Source: Roseibacillus sp. (GTDB lineage Bacteria > Verrucomicrobiota > Verrucomicrobiia > Verrucomicrobiales > Akkermansiaceae). Taken from it: a stretch of DNA of 64,000 nucleotides. Of the stretch, positions 41,316 through 49,690 are shown in pieces (position 1 is the stretch's first letter; the number at the start of each line of letters is the position of its first letter). A program made the position numbers and the translations under genes. The notes beneath the pieces are model-generated. The model was not told where the DNA came from. It did no database searches and saw only the letters and a program-made list of their open reading frames with translations. Location: the NCBI GenBank assembly GCA_051251855.1, contig JBPOGI010000001.1, forward strand, positions 896,001 through 960,000, in the 5' to 3' direction.

Positions 41316-42770
41316 ATGAGCGAAAAAACTTCCGACAAGAGGACCTATTCCGTCGATGAGATGATGGATAGGTTGCGTGATGGCGACCGTGAGAAGCGCG
41401 AAGAAGGAGAGTTGGTGACTCGGGAGGATGGGACTCAAGTAATGCGGGTCAAAAAACGGAAGCGCCGGAGCAAGCAAAAGAAAGAGGAGGAGGCTAAGAG
41501 ACGGAAGCAGGCGTCCCTTTTCCGAACGCTAGCACTCATTGCTATTCCCTTGGCTCTTGGTTTAGGAGCCCTCTACCTCTTGGCTAAATATAATAGCCCT
41601 AGTTTTTCGCAAGATTTGGAGGCAACGATCTGGGAGGAGACGGGTGCTCGTGCTAAAATGAGTCAACTGAGTCCGAAAGGGACTGTCGTTACTGCGAATT
41701 CAGTGCAGTTGAATTGGCCTGATGGTTCTCATCTTGACCAATTTAAGGCGAGTGGAGTTTCAGGGGATTTGAGTTTGCTTTCTTTTGCCACTGGAAAATT
41801 TCGAGGTAATGAGTTGAACTCGAAAAAGGGATTTCTTCTAACCTCGGGTCGCGGCGGTCGCAAGGTGGCTGAGCCCAAGGGTGCCGTGAAGGACCTGCCC
41901 GGATTTCAGCGTTATACGAGCGATTTCTTCTCATTCTTTTTCGGAGCGACGAACTCTCCTTTTCGTCTTGTGGGTTCTAAAGTGAAGCTGGTTTCGACAG
42001 ATTATTCCCATCTGCTTTCGCTTACTGGGGGTGATATGTTCGCAGGTTCATGGGGGGAAATACCTTTAAAGAGAGGAACCCTTGAGTTCTTGAATGATTC
42101 CATTCGGGTTGTCTCTTTGAGATTCGAAGAAGAGGAGCGCAGCCTGGTTGTTTCGGGGGACCTAGGATTGAAGGATTCCATCCACAGTCTATCTGTCGAA
42201 GTGGTCGAGGGGACTATTGGAAATGTCGCGGGTTTTGGAATCGGGAATCTCTTTCATTCTGACGTTTCAGAGGCGACTGGAACGCTAGTTTTTCGTCCTT
42301 GGGTCTTGAGTGGTCATGAGGTGACGATTGCGGCTTCGCCTGAATATCTCACTATTTCTAACTTCAATTTTTTAGACGTTTTGGAGGGGCTCTATGGGAA
42401 CGCACAATTTCAGGCGTTTGAATTTGAGGTTGAAAATGATTTTGAGGTGATTAGAGGAGCCTCGGGTGCCGAGATTCGTGGGCTTGAGCTGAACGAGCTG
42501 GGGGTGCTGGCAGTTAAAGGAACTGTAAAAGTGGTTGGTGAACAGTTGTCAGGCACTTTGCGGGTTGGATTACCTGATCATAAGCGACTCACTATTCGTA
42601 GCGATCAGCGGGAGGAGTTCTTTTCCAAAGGTCAGCTTGAAGACGGTTATTTTTGGTATGACGTTGAGTTGGGAGGCACTGTTGAGGAGCCGACTGACAA
42701 CTTTCTTCAGATTCTTCAAGGAGGAGTTCAAGAAAGTGCAGAGGACCTTTTTGATCAGTTGACGCAGTAG
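41316..42770 (+). CDS. Membrane-anchored hypothetical protein (AsmA-like beta-rich periplasmic part)
   Basis: Basic cytoplasmic N-terminus, single TM helix, beta-rich remainder ending LGGTVEEP. Confidence 0.65.
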   Translation: MSEKTSDKRTYSVDEMMDRLRDGDREKREEGELVTREDGTQVMRVKKRKRRSKQKKEEEAKRRKQASLFRTLALIAIPLALGLGALYLLAKYNSPSFSQDLEATIWEETGARAKMSQLSPKGTVVTANSVQLNWPDGSHLDQFKASGVSGDLSLLSFATGKFRGNELNSKKGFLLTSGRGGRKVAEPKGAVKDLPGFQRYTSDFFSFFFGATNSPFRLVGSKVKLVSTDYSHLLSLTGGDMFAGSWGEIPLKRGTLEFLNDSIRVVSLRFEEEERSLVVSGDLGLKDSIHSLSVEVVEGTIGNVAGFGIGNLFHSDVSEATGTLVFRPWVLSGHEVTIAASPEYLTISNFNFLDVLEGLYGNAQFQAFEFEVENDFEVIRGASGAEIRGLELNELGVLAVKGTVKVVGEQLSGTLRVGLPDHKRLTIRSDQREEFFSKGQLEDGYFWYDVELGGTVEEPTDNFLQILQGGVQESAEDLFDQLTQ

Positions 42771-43107
42771 GTTCGGTGGTCATTTAAAGTGAGCTGAGAC
42801 CTCCATATGTAGGGGGAGAGCCTTCGGGAGCTCTGTGTTCCGTTTCTAGGTGCAATCTTTATCTGTATTATTTGCACATCCGAAGTTTCTTGAAGGATAT
42901 GAGGCAATTCTTGGGTGGTTCCTTCGTCTGGTGAAGTTGGTCCTTGTTTCGAGAGTTCTTGGTTTTCGATCTTCAAGCGCTGCATTTTGAGCCAATAATG
43001 AACTTTTCCTCGCTTTGGGAACACGGAAAAGGGGGTTAGTACTTCATTGGAGCTTGCGGCCCATGAAGGAATCCAAAAAACTACCGCTAGCAATCTGCTC
43101 CTTTCTC

Positions 43108-45501
43108 ATGTCCACCGCCTCTAAGCAACCGACCCTTTTTGAGGTCTTTGGTCGTAGCCAAAGTCCCATCGTGCCTGAAATCAACGAGGAGGCCTTGGAT
43201 CGATTAACCAACGTTCTCACTTCTTCGGGAGATGAAATGGGGAAGGTGGTGTTGCTTCGTTCTCCGCGCGCTGGCTACGGGAAAACACTTTTGCTTCAAT
43301 CAACCCATAATCGGTTGAGCGAGTCTTTCCGCTTTTTGGCGGTAGAGCCAAGTGGAGGGGGACGTCTTGACGGGGAAGTGGTTCTAGAGAGTGTCTTACG
43401 CCAACTCTCTGAGGTTTTGCCTGCTTCAGGTGGACTAACAGAATTTGATCTGTTTGCTCGCCGTCTCTTTGCCCTCGGACTCAAACCGCTTCTTATCAGT
43501 GGAGAGATTCCAAGCCATGATCGTGAAGGTGCCTTGTTTGCGATTGAGAATCGTCCTATTGAGACCTTTGATTTTCACCATCAGCAGGCGGCGACGGCCC
43601 ATTGGACCCAAGCAAATTTTGAGGTTTTGGGACCTCGCTTGGCTTCGGAATTGAGCGAGCTTTCTGGATGTGGTCTTCGGGGCTGCGCCTACTGGGTCGA
43701 CCTTCTGTTCCGCTATGCGACTACCTCGCCGGAGAAGGTTGAGCGTAGTCGTTTGCTGAGTGAGAGTGTTTTTGGTGATCTGTCTGGTCAAGCCAAGAGC
43801 GGGGCAGAGGAGCAATTGCAGAGTCTCTTAGCCTTGTTGAGTTTGATCGACCCCGTTGTCTTGGTTTTTGATGAGACTGAGGGTCTTTCCAATCAACCAG
43901 ATGCAGGTTTGCGGGTTGCGGCTTTTGTTGTTCAGTTGCGTCAGGCCTGTCCTGCTTTGACCGTGATTCTTAGTGTGAACGAAGACGTCTGGCAGACAGG
44001 ACTAAGTCCGCTGATGCCCGGTGGACTGGAGGATCGACTGACAGAATTTGAGGTGCGGCTGAGTGAACTTTCCCGTATCGAGGCAGAGAGTCTATTGACC
44101 AGTCGATTTGGAAGTGATTCTGAAGCAATTTCTCAAAAAATGGAATGGCCTGAACCTCTGTCGGCCCGTGCTATCTTGAGGGAAGGTGCGGAGGCCGCAC
44201 GCTCACTATCTGTCGAAGAATTTTCTTTGGAGGAGGGATCGCCCTTGGCTGGGGTGGTAGCAGCTACACCTCCACCGTTGCAAGTCGCTTCGACAGAGGC
44301 GGCCGCTGAGACTTTTGAAGAGAAGGCAGAGCGCATTTTGGAGCCGAAATCTTCGTTCGAGGCTGAAACGGGGGTTGGCTTTGAGGCGGCCCCACATATT
44401 GAGGAAGGAACTGTCGAAGCCAAAGAAACAGTTCCTACTATTTCTGAGGTTCAGCCCCCCACTGAGGCTCCTCTCTCAGCCTCGTCAGATGATCCGTTTG
44501 GTGAGGCTCCTGCTTCTTCGATGAATGATGAGGTTTCAACTCCTGTGGCAGCCGTGCAAGAGGAAGCTCCTTCTCCATTTGAAATTGTGCCCGAAGTGAG
44601 AGAGCCAGCAGCTATGAGGCAGGCCCCTGAGCCTCCAGTCGATGCGACGCCTTCGCCATTTGAAGCAGTGGATGCGCAGGTAATTGAGAGCGTAGCATCA
44701 AGTGAAGGAGAGTGGTCAGCAGAAAGTGCTGTGGAGCATTTTGAAGCGGCTCGAAGTGAGCCTACTCCGGAATTCAATCCTTCCGTGCGTCATGGGGAAG
44801 AGCAGTCTGTGTCGCAACCAGCAACGGGAAGCGCATTTGACGAAGTCGCAGCCTCAGCTCAGTCACCGCTTTCTGAGCAGGTCGAACGCAGTCCATTTCA
44901 GCAATTGGAAGAAGAGAAAAGTCGCTTGGAAGCTGAGTTGAGGCACAAAGAGCTTATGGCTGCTCAGCTAAAGCAACAGCAGGAAGAAAGAGTTGCTACA
45001 GAGCTTGTTGAATCCTCGCCTTTCTCAGTCAGCGAACCTATTCAGGAAGAGCCACCAAAATTTGCTGAGCCAAGTCCCGCTGCGATTCAACACCCAGTTC
45101 AAGAAGCCGAGCCCTCTCCTTTTTCTATTCGCCCAAACGAGTTGGAGGTTGAAAAGGCTCCGGAAGTAAATCCAAGCAGCGTCCCTGTGCAGACCGTTGT
45201 GCGAGCGACCACACCTGTCGTTGAAAAAGTGGCCCCGCCGGAAACTCCGACTGCTCCTCCAGTTCAAGAGGCAAGAGTCGCTGTGACTCGAGAACCGCAG
45301 GCAGCGGCGAGTAATCCTCCTGAGGCTGCTGCTCCATCGCCTTTTGCCGCTACAGGAGCGCCAGTAAGCTCGCCCTTTGCTTCTTCGGCTGCGGCTACAG
45401 AAAGCGCGAAGACAGAGGCTCCTTCGAAGGGGCAGGAGACCGAAGATGTTGAAGAGTTACTCAATCAGTTTAAGAAGAGATTCGGGCAGCCTGATTCTTA
45501 A
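43108..45501 (+). CDS. P-loop NTPase-domain protein with long acidic Pro/Ala/Glu-rich disordered tail
   Basis: Walker A-like RAGYGKT, Walker B-like VLVFDE; low-complexity C-terminal half with recurring SPF motifs. Confidence 0.75.
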   Translation: MSTASKQPTLFEVFGRSQSPIVPEINEEALDRLTNVLTSSGDEMGKVVLLRSPRAGYGKTLLLQSTHNRLSESFRFLAVEPSGGGRLDGEVVLESVLRQLSEVLPASGGLTEFDLFARRLFALGLKPLLISGEIPSHDREGALFAIENRPIETFDFHHQQAATAHWTQANFEVLGPRLASELSELSGCGLRGCAYWVDLLFRYATTSPEKVERSRLLSESVFGDLSGQAKSGAEEQLQSLLALLSLIDPVVLVFDETEGLSNQPDAGLRVAAFVVQLRQACPALTVILSVNEDVWQTGLSPLMPGGLEDRLTEFEVRLSELSRIEAESLLTSRFGSDSEAISQKMEWPEPLSARAILREGAEAARSLSVEEFSLEEGSPLAGVVAATPPPLQVASTEAAAETFEEKAERILEPKSSFEAETGVGFEAAPHIEEGTVEAKETVPTISEVQPPTEAPLSASSDDPFGEAPASSMNDEVSTPVAAVQEEAPSPFEIVPEVREPAAMRQAPEPPVDATPSPFEAVDAQVIESVASSEGEWSAESAVEHFEAARSEPTPEFNPSVRHGEEQSVSQPATGSAFDEVAASAQSPLSEQVERSPFQQLEEEKSRLEAELRHKELMAAQLKQQQEERVATELVESSPFSVSEPIQEEPPKFAEPSPAAIQHPVQEAEPSPFSIRPNELEVEKAPEVNPSSVPVQTVVRATTPVVEKVAPPETPTAPPVQEARVAVTREPQAAASNPPEAAAPSPFAATGAPVSSPFASSAAATESAKTEAPSKGQETEDVEELLNQFKKRFGQPDS

Positions 45502-45575
45502 GAGACTGTTCGTCTAAGATTTGAGTGAGAAAGATCTCCAATTTTGGTGGCTAAAAGTTAGTCTCCTGCGAGCCA

Positions 45576-45650
45576 GTCCCCGTAGTTCAACGGATAGAAC
45601 ACGGGTTTCCTAAACCTGAGATTCAAGTTCGATTCTTGACGGGGACGCCA
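45576..45650 (+). tRNA. tRNA-Arg(CCT)
   Basis: Cloverleaf gtccccg...cggggac; anticodon loop ttCCTaa; T-loop gttcgat; encoded CCA. Confidence 0.95.
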
Positions 45651-45715
45651 GCTCTTAATCTTCTTACTCAGTAATTAGTAATGAAGAATAAATACGAAAG
45701 AATTCAAAAAGGGTC

Positions 45716-45743
45716 TTGCACCCAAACGGAAGTCAGTTAACTT
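45716..45743 (+). promoter_or_regulatory. Sigma70-type stable-RNA promoter for tRNA-fMet
   Basis: TTGCAC-16 bp-TAACTT followed by GC-rich ccgcctcc; overlapped by the inverted repeat cggaagt/acttccg. Confidence 0.55.
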
Positions 45744-45781
45744 CCGCCTCCGGCCACGCAAGAGGCTGGAAAACATAAAGT

Positions 45782-45859
<78 letters not shown>

Positions 45860-45861
45860 CT

Positions 45862-45895
45862 GAAGGCCCTTAATCTTAACGGATTAAGGGCCTTC
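45862..45895 (+). terminator. Element-supplied terminator hairpin downstream of tRNA-fMet
   Basis: gaaggcccttaatc/gattaagggccttc perfect stem followed by tccttt. Confidence 0.7.
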
Positions 45896-46028
45896 TCCTT
45901 TCAACGTTGGAGCTTCTCTCAATGCGGGGATATACCCTTTAAATGCAAGGTTTAGCGGTATCTATTGCGGGAACTGTCGCGGGAAAAGTGAGCCGAAAAA
46001 AGAAGGCTCTAACTCCAAGGCTAGCGGA

Positions 46029-46661
46029 TCATTTTGCAGCGTTCCTAGTAGCTTTAAATCCTTCAAGGCTCAGAAGGCCCTTTTGATACCAACGACGGGC
46101 GAGGCTCCTTTGACGGTCTCCAACCTTTGCGCTCTTCCTTTTGTTGAGGGTGTCAGGCATGAACTCGAGATTGAAAAGGCAGTTGTCGAGCTCGGGACAG
46201 ACTGAACGGGGGATGATGTGATCTCCGGTTGCCAGCTCGCCCGCATAGGGGCCTCGCGTGATAGTGGGAGCATTTCCTCTTCTGAGCTTCTCCAAGCCTT
46301 CAGAGTCGAAACAGCCAAGGCGGGAAAGGATCGTGAGGTTTCGCAATAGCGCGGCTTTCTGTTCGGCTTGGCGAGCGGGGCTTTTGGGAAGCGCGGCGGC
46401 GTGTGCCTGGTCAATGACGGAGCCGGGATCGTGCCCTTCCTGCTCGGCAATGTGGAGCCAATAGCAGGCCTTTCGTAATCGGGGAGTTGCCGCGCGTTTC
46501 CCTGTGAGCGTGTCGAGTTTATTGGGGTCAATGAGAGGGGAAAGGATGGCAACGACCTGAGTAGTCGTCTCTGTTGGCGCGCTGGGGGCTGTGGCCTCGG
46601 TCTCTGCTCGGTCGCATCCAAAGAGGAACAGAGCTGTGAGGATGAAAAGGAGCGGGCGCAC
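46029..46661 (-). CDS. Putative lipoprotein with HNH-like nuclease motif
   Basis: From GTG 46661: lipobox-like LFLFG-C; C-terminal DHIIP...NL...LNKRKS. Confidence 0.65.
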   Translation of the reverse strand: MRPLLFILTALFLFGCDRAETEATAPSAPTETTTQVVAILSPLIDPNKLDTLTGKRAATPRLRKACYWLHIAEQEGHDPGSVIDQAHAAALPKSPARQAEQKAALLRNLTILSRLGCFDSEGLEKLRRGNAPTITRGPYAGELATGDHIIPRSVCPELDNCLFNLEFMPDTLNKRKSAKVGDRQRSLARRWYQKGLLSLEGFKATRNAAK

Positions 46662-46840
46662 GATAGGACTATGCGGGAGTCCATACCGGTGATCAATTCC
46701 GGGGGTGCTTTTCTCTCGGGGATTGACGGGAGAACCACAAAGCTTAAGACAGAGTGCTAAATCGGTCGGATTAGTGATGCTGAAATATCCACCCTTGACT
46801 TGTATGGAACCAAGGAACCTCAATAACAATTCTTAATATT

Positions 46841-47449
46841 ATGCCGACTCAAGGTGAATTCGAACCGCTAGTATTTTTCATCGCGCTAGTCTTTTTTATG
46901 CTCGCCGGTGCTGCTTGGGAATACGTGCGACTGTTCAGAGCATGGGGGCGAACGAAATTGAACCGATTGCGACCGTCAAGTTTTGGAAATGCCTGCCTAG
47001 TCGGGATGCCGAGAAGTGGGGGAATGTGGGTTGGTTTAGTTCTAGCTCAATATTTTGGAGCTATCTTTCTGCTGATCACGGTCTTTTTCTCGTTTGTGTG
47101 GCCATCGCTTACAAGGGTAAAATCGGATTCAGGCTCATTTGGAACCCCAGATCATGTTAAGGAAAATAACCCTGCGGGAGCCCAAGGTGTTAGTGGAGAT
47201 GCGGAGGCGGTAGGGTCACAAACTCCGAAAGGACGGGCGGAGCTAATTGGCGAGTTTCTGCGAGACCGGGTTAACGTCAGGCCGGGGGAGGAAGGCAGAA
47301 GTTTCAGGTCTGATTTGGGAATGCAGAGAGGCTCACTGTTTATTTTATTAGATGAGCTCGGTGAGGATTTCGATCTCAATATTAGTGCAGACGATGCAGA
47401 TTCCGTGGACTCTATCGACGATGTCCTTGAGCTGGCTTCGAGACTGTAA
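46841..47449 (+). CDS. Membrane protein with C-terminal acyl-carrier-protein-like domain
   Basis: Two hydrophobic segments; C-terminus FRSDLG...LGEDFDLNISADDADSVDSIDDV resembles ACP helices II-IV. Confidence 0.6.
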   Translation: MPTQGEFEPLVFFIALVFFMLAGAAWEYVRLFRAWGRTKLNRLRPSSFGNACLVGMPRSGGMWVGLVLAQYFGAIFLLITVFFSFVWPSLTRVKSDSGSFGTPDHVKENNPAGAQGVSGDAEAVGSQTPKGRAELIGEFLRDRVNVRPGEEGRSFRSDLGMQRGSLFILLDELGEDFDLNISADDADSVDSIDDVLELASRL

Positions 47450-47573
47450 AAACAAAACGTCGGCCCCGAAAAATCAGAATAGCAAACAAAACGCCGATCC
47501 CCCTGTTTGCCTGTCCACTTGTTGGTAGATTGACCCAACGGGCGGACATTCTGATTACGGCTTGCCGGCTGCG

Positions 47574-48128
47574 TCATATTTGACGAAGACGGTAAATATG
47601 ACCGTGTTCTCGAAAGATGGTCTCAATCTCTTCCACGCTGTCAGGGTTCAAGGCTTTAGCTTCACTGGGAAGTTCCCGATCTGTTTGTGCTCTTATCCAT
47701 GCTAGGGCAGCCCTCACTTCAGGGGTTTTTAGAAGGCGACTTGCACTGGCTCTTGCTCCTGCGTTGCTGCGGGCTCGGGGGAAGACAGCTTGATAGGCTT
47801 TGCGGCCATTGCAGTAGGGCCAAATGGTCAGGTAAGCCTCAGCAAACCGCCAATGTCGCATTGAGATCAGCACGGGAATCTCGCTTCGATATGGTGGGTA
47901 TTTCGCGACTAGGGTTTTGCTAACGGTTTCTACGATTTCCGATGGCCTGCCTGTTGGTGGCTTTCGTTGGTAGGTTTTGATCCATCCAAGCTCTTCGGCC
48001 TGTCGAATTTCGTTAGGGCCTATCACGTAGCTTCTCCAAAGGTCACGAATCGAAAGTCTTCCATCGTGGCGCTCTAGGACCCCGAGTAGATATTCCAAGC
48101 GCTCGCGGCAAAGGGTGTGGCCTCTCAT
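47574..48128 (-). CDS. Winged-helix + terminase small subunit-like protein
   Basis: RHWRFAEAYL...NGRKAY...ARASASRLLKTPEV matches the Terminase_2 HTH pattern; N-terminus aligns with the C-terminal domain of the upstream helicase. Confidence 0.7.
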   Translation of the reverse strand: MRGHTLCRERLEYLLGVLERHDGRLSIRDLWRSYVIGPNEIRQAEELGWIKTYQRKPPTGRPSEIVETVSKTLVAKYPPYRSEIPVLISMRHWRFAEAYLTIWPYCNGRKAYQAVFPRARSNAGARASASRLLKTPEVRAALAWIRAQTDRELPSEAKALNPDSVEEIETIFREHGHIYRLRQI

Positions 48129-48130
48129 AA

Positions 48131-49690
48131 CTAGGTAGTGACTTTCAGCTTAACTATTCCAGAAGGTCGACCGCCACCTTCGGGTTTTTTGGAAGAAATC
48201 TGTAACCGGTGAGGGAATTCTTGGGCGAGTGCCTGGACTTCTTCCTTGTCGAATCCGTGACTTTTGGAGAGGTCGCGCAGGGTTCGTTCTCCTTGGTGGT
48301 CGCTGAGAATACTTTGAAGGCGCATGAATCGCCCTCGGTGGCGGTTGCTTCTCTCGGGGGCAAGGATAGCAAGTTGTTCTTCGGCAAACCATGAGACAAT
48401 CCGCACGGCATCGCGGGCGGTGTCGGCTTCGAGGTGGAGCCTGCCAGCTTCCCGGCCATGCTTGGCGGCATGGAGAACAAGGGCAAGTCGCCAAGCGTTC
48501 TCTCCCCATCGTACAACGAAGGGAGTCACGTCTTGCAGGTCGCCATCTTTGCGGGTGCGGGCTTTGCTTTCATTTGTGAAGCGGACAAGGGCGCGGCGGG
48601 CTTCGGGGTTGGCTTGGATAGTTAGCGGCATGCCGCCATTGGCTCGGTAGTCTTCGAGAAGTTCGGCCACAAGTCCACGCCAGCTTGACAGGGTTTCGGG
48701 GGCGGGGTGATGCGGTTCCTCGGGTTCGTCGAGAGCTTCGGCTTTGGAGTCGCAAAGGAGAAAGCGCGGCAAGAGTCCGCTCTCGGTGATGGCTTCGCTC
48801 TCGGTGAGCTTGCGGGACTTGTCGGGTTGAATGAGCCACAAGATCGCAAGGCAAGGCTTGGTGAGGTGAACAGGCGGGCGGTGGACTCGGGAAACTTTGA
48901 CCGCTTCGCGAGAGTAGGCGGAAAGGTAGAGGTCTTCGTCGGAGTCCTTACCCTTGCCATATTTCCCCATCAGGACGTCAATCACTCCGCGCCCTTCGGG
49001 GGAAAGGCTAGCGAGGGCTTGGCCGGGTTGATTCTCAAGGGTGATCGCAAGCTTCTCCTTGGTGATGTCGGCAACGGAAAAACCCGGTTCGGCGGCAAGC
49101 TGGCGTTCAAGTTCGGCCTTGCGCTTTTCGAGGTCTTGAATCTCTCGCCCTGCTTGCTCTCTCTTTGATGCGTTCCCTTGGTCGCTAAGAACCTTTTCGG
49201 CTTGCTTGAAGTCCTTTTCAATCAAGCGGAGGTCTTTCTTGATGGCGGGCAGGGTTTCGCTTTCCCAGTGTCGCACCTCTTCCGCTTCGAGGTCTTGGAA
49301 GGGTTTCGCGGCCATGGAAAAGGCGCGGCCCTTTCCGGTTCCACTTTCGGCAATCCCTAAGAGAAAGAGGTTGGCCGGGGTGATGCGCCCGCCGCCTGAG
49401 TCAATAAGGAGTCCGCCGCCAAGGGATGCGGAGAGAATCCCTAACAGGTTTACCGCTGCTAAGGACTCGGGCACAAGGGCGGTTTCGACAATCTCCCTCG
49501 CCATGGTTTGCGCTGTTAGGGGGAGGGCTTCGAGTGGGAACGGCATCGAATCGAGATCGTCTTGCCCCCCTTCGGCAATACTCCCAAAACTCCCGCTATT
49601 CGGTTCGGGGACGGCTTGAAGATAGGTTTTGGGAGTTTTGGGGGTTTTGTCTGAGGGTGTTTCCTCAAATTGAAAAGTTCGGTCTTTCAT
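48131..49690 (-). CDS. DUF3987 (YfjI-like) helicase/replication protein
   Basis: FPLEALP, Walker A AESGTGK, IQP, SGLLPRFL, C-terminal wHTH with GRPS; the ATG overlaps the primase stop (ATGA). Confidence 0.85.
   Translation of the reverse strand: MKDRTFQFEETPSDKTPKTPKTYLQAVPEPNSGSFGSIAEGGQDDLDSMPFPLEALPLTAQTMAREIVETALVPESLAAVNLLGILSASLGGGLLIDSGGGRITPANLFLLGIAESGTGKGRAFSMAAKPFQDLEAEEVRHWESETLPAIKKDLRLIEKDFKQAEKVLSDQGNASKREQAGREIQDLEKRKAELERQLAAEPGFSVADITKEKLAITLENQPGQALASLSPEGRGVIDVLMGKYGKGKDSDEDLYLSAYSREAVKVSRVHRPPVHLTKPCLAILWLIQPDKSRKLTESEAITESGLLPRFLLCDSKAEALDEPEEPHHPAPETLSSWRGLVAELLEDYRANGGMPLTIQANPEARRALVRFTNESKARTRKDGDLQDVTPFVVRWGENAWRLALVLHAAKHGREAGRLHLEADTARDAVRIVSWFAEEQLAILAPERSNRHRGRFMRLQSILSDHQGERTLRDLSKSHGFDKEEVQALAQEFPHRLQISSKKPEGGGRPSGIVKLKVTT

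Noticed and set aside
42755..43093. 112-aa - strand ORF / cUUCGg hairpin in the intergenic gap
   Set aside because: No motif, overlaps a neighbour, and a single small hairpin is insufficient to call a gene or ncRNA
46662..46829. ORF-track N-terminal extensions (also 49691-49816, 57005-57139, 14411-14476, 43015-43107)
   Set aside because: Downstream starts fit signal peptides, domain boundaries or translational coupling better
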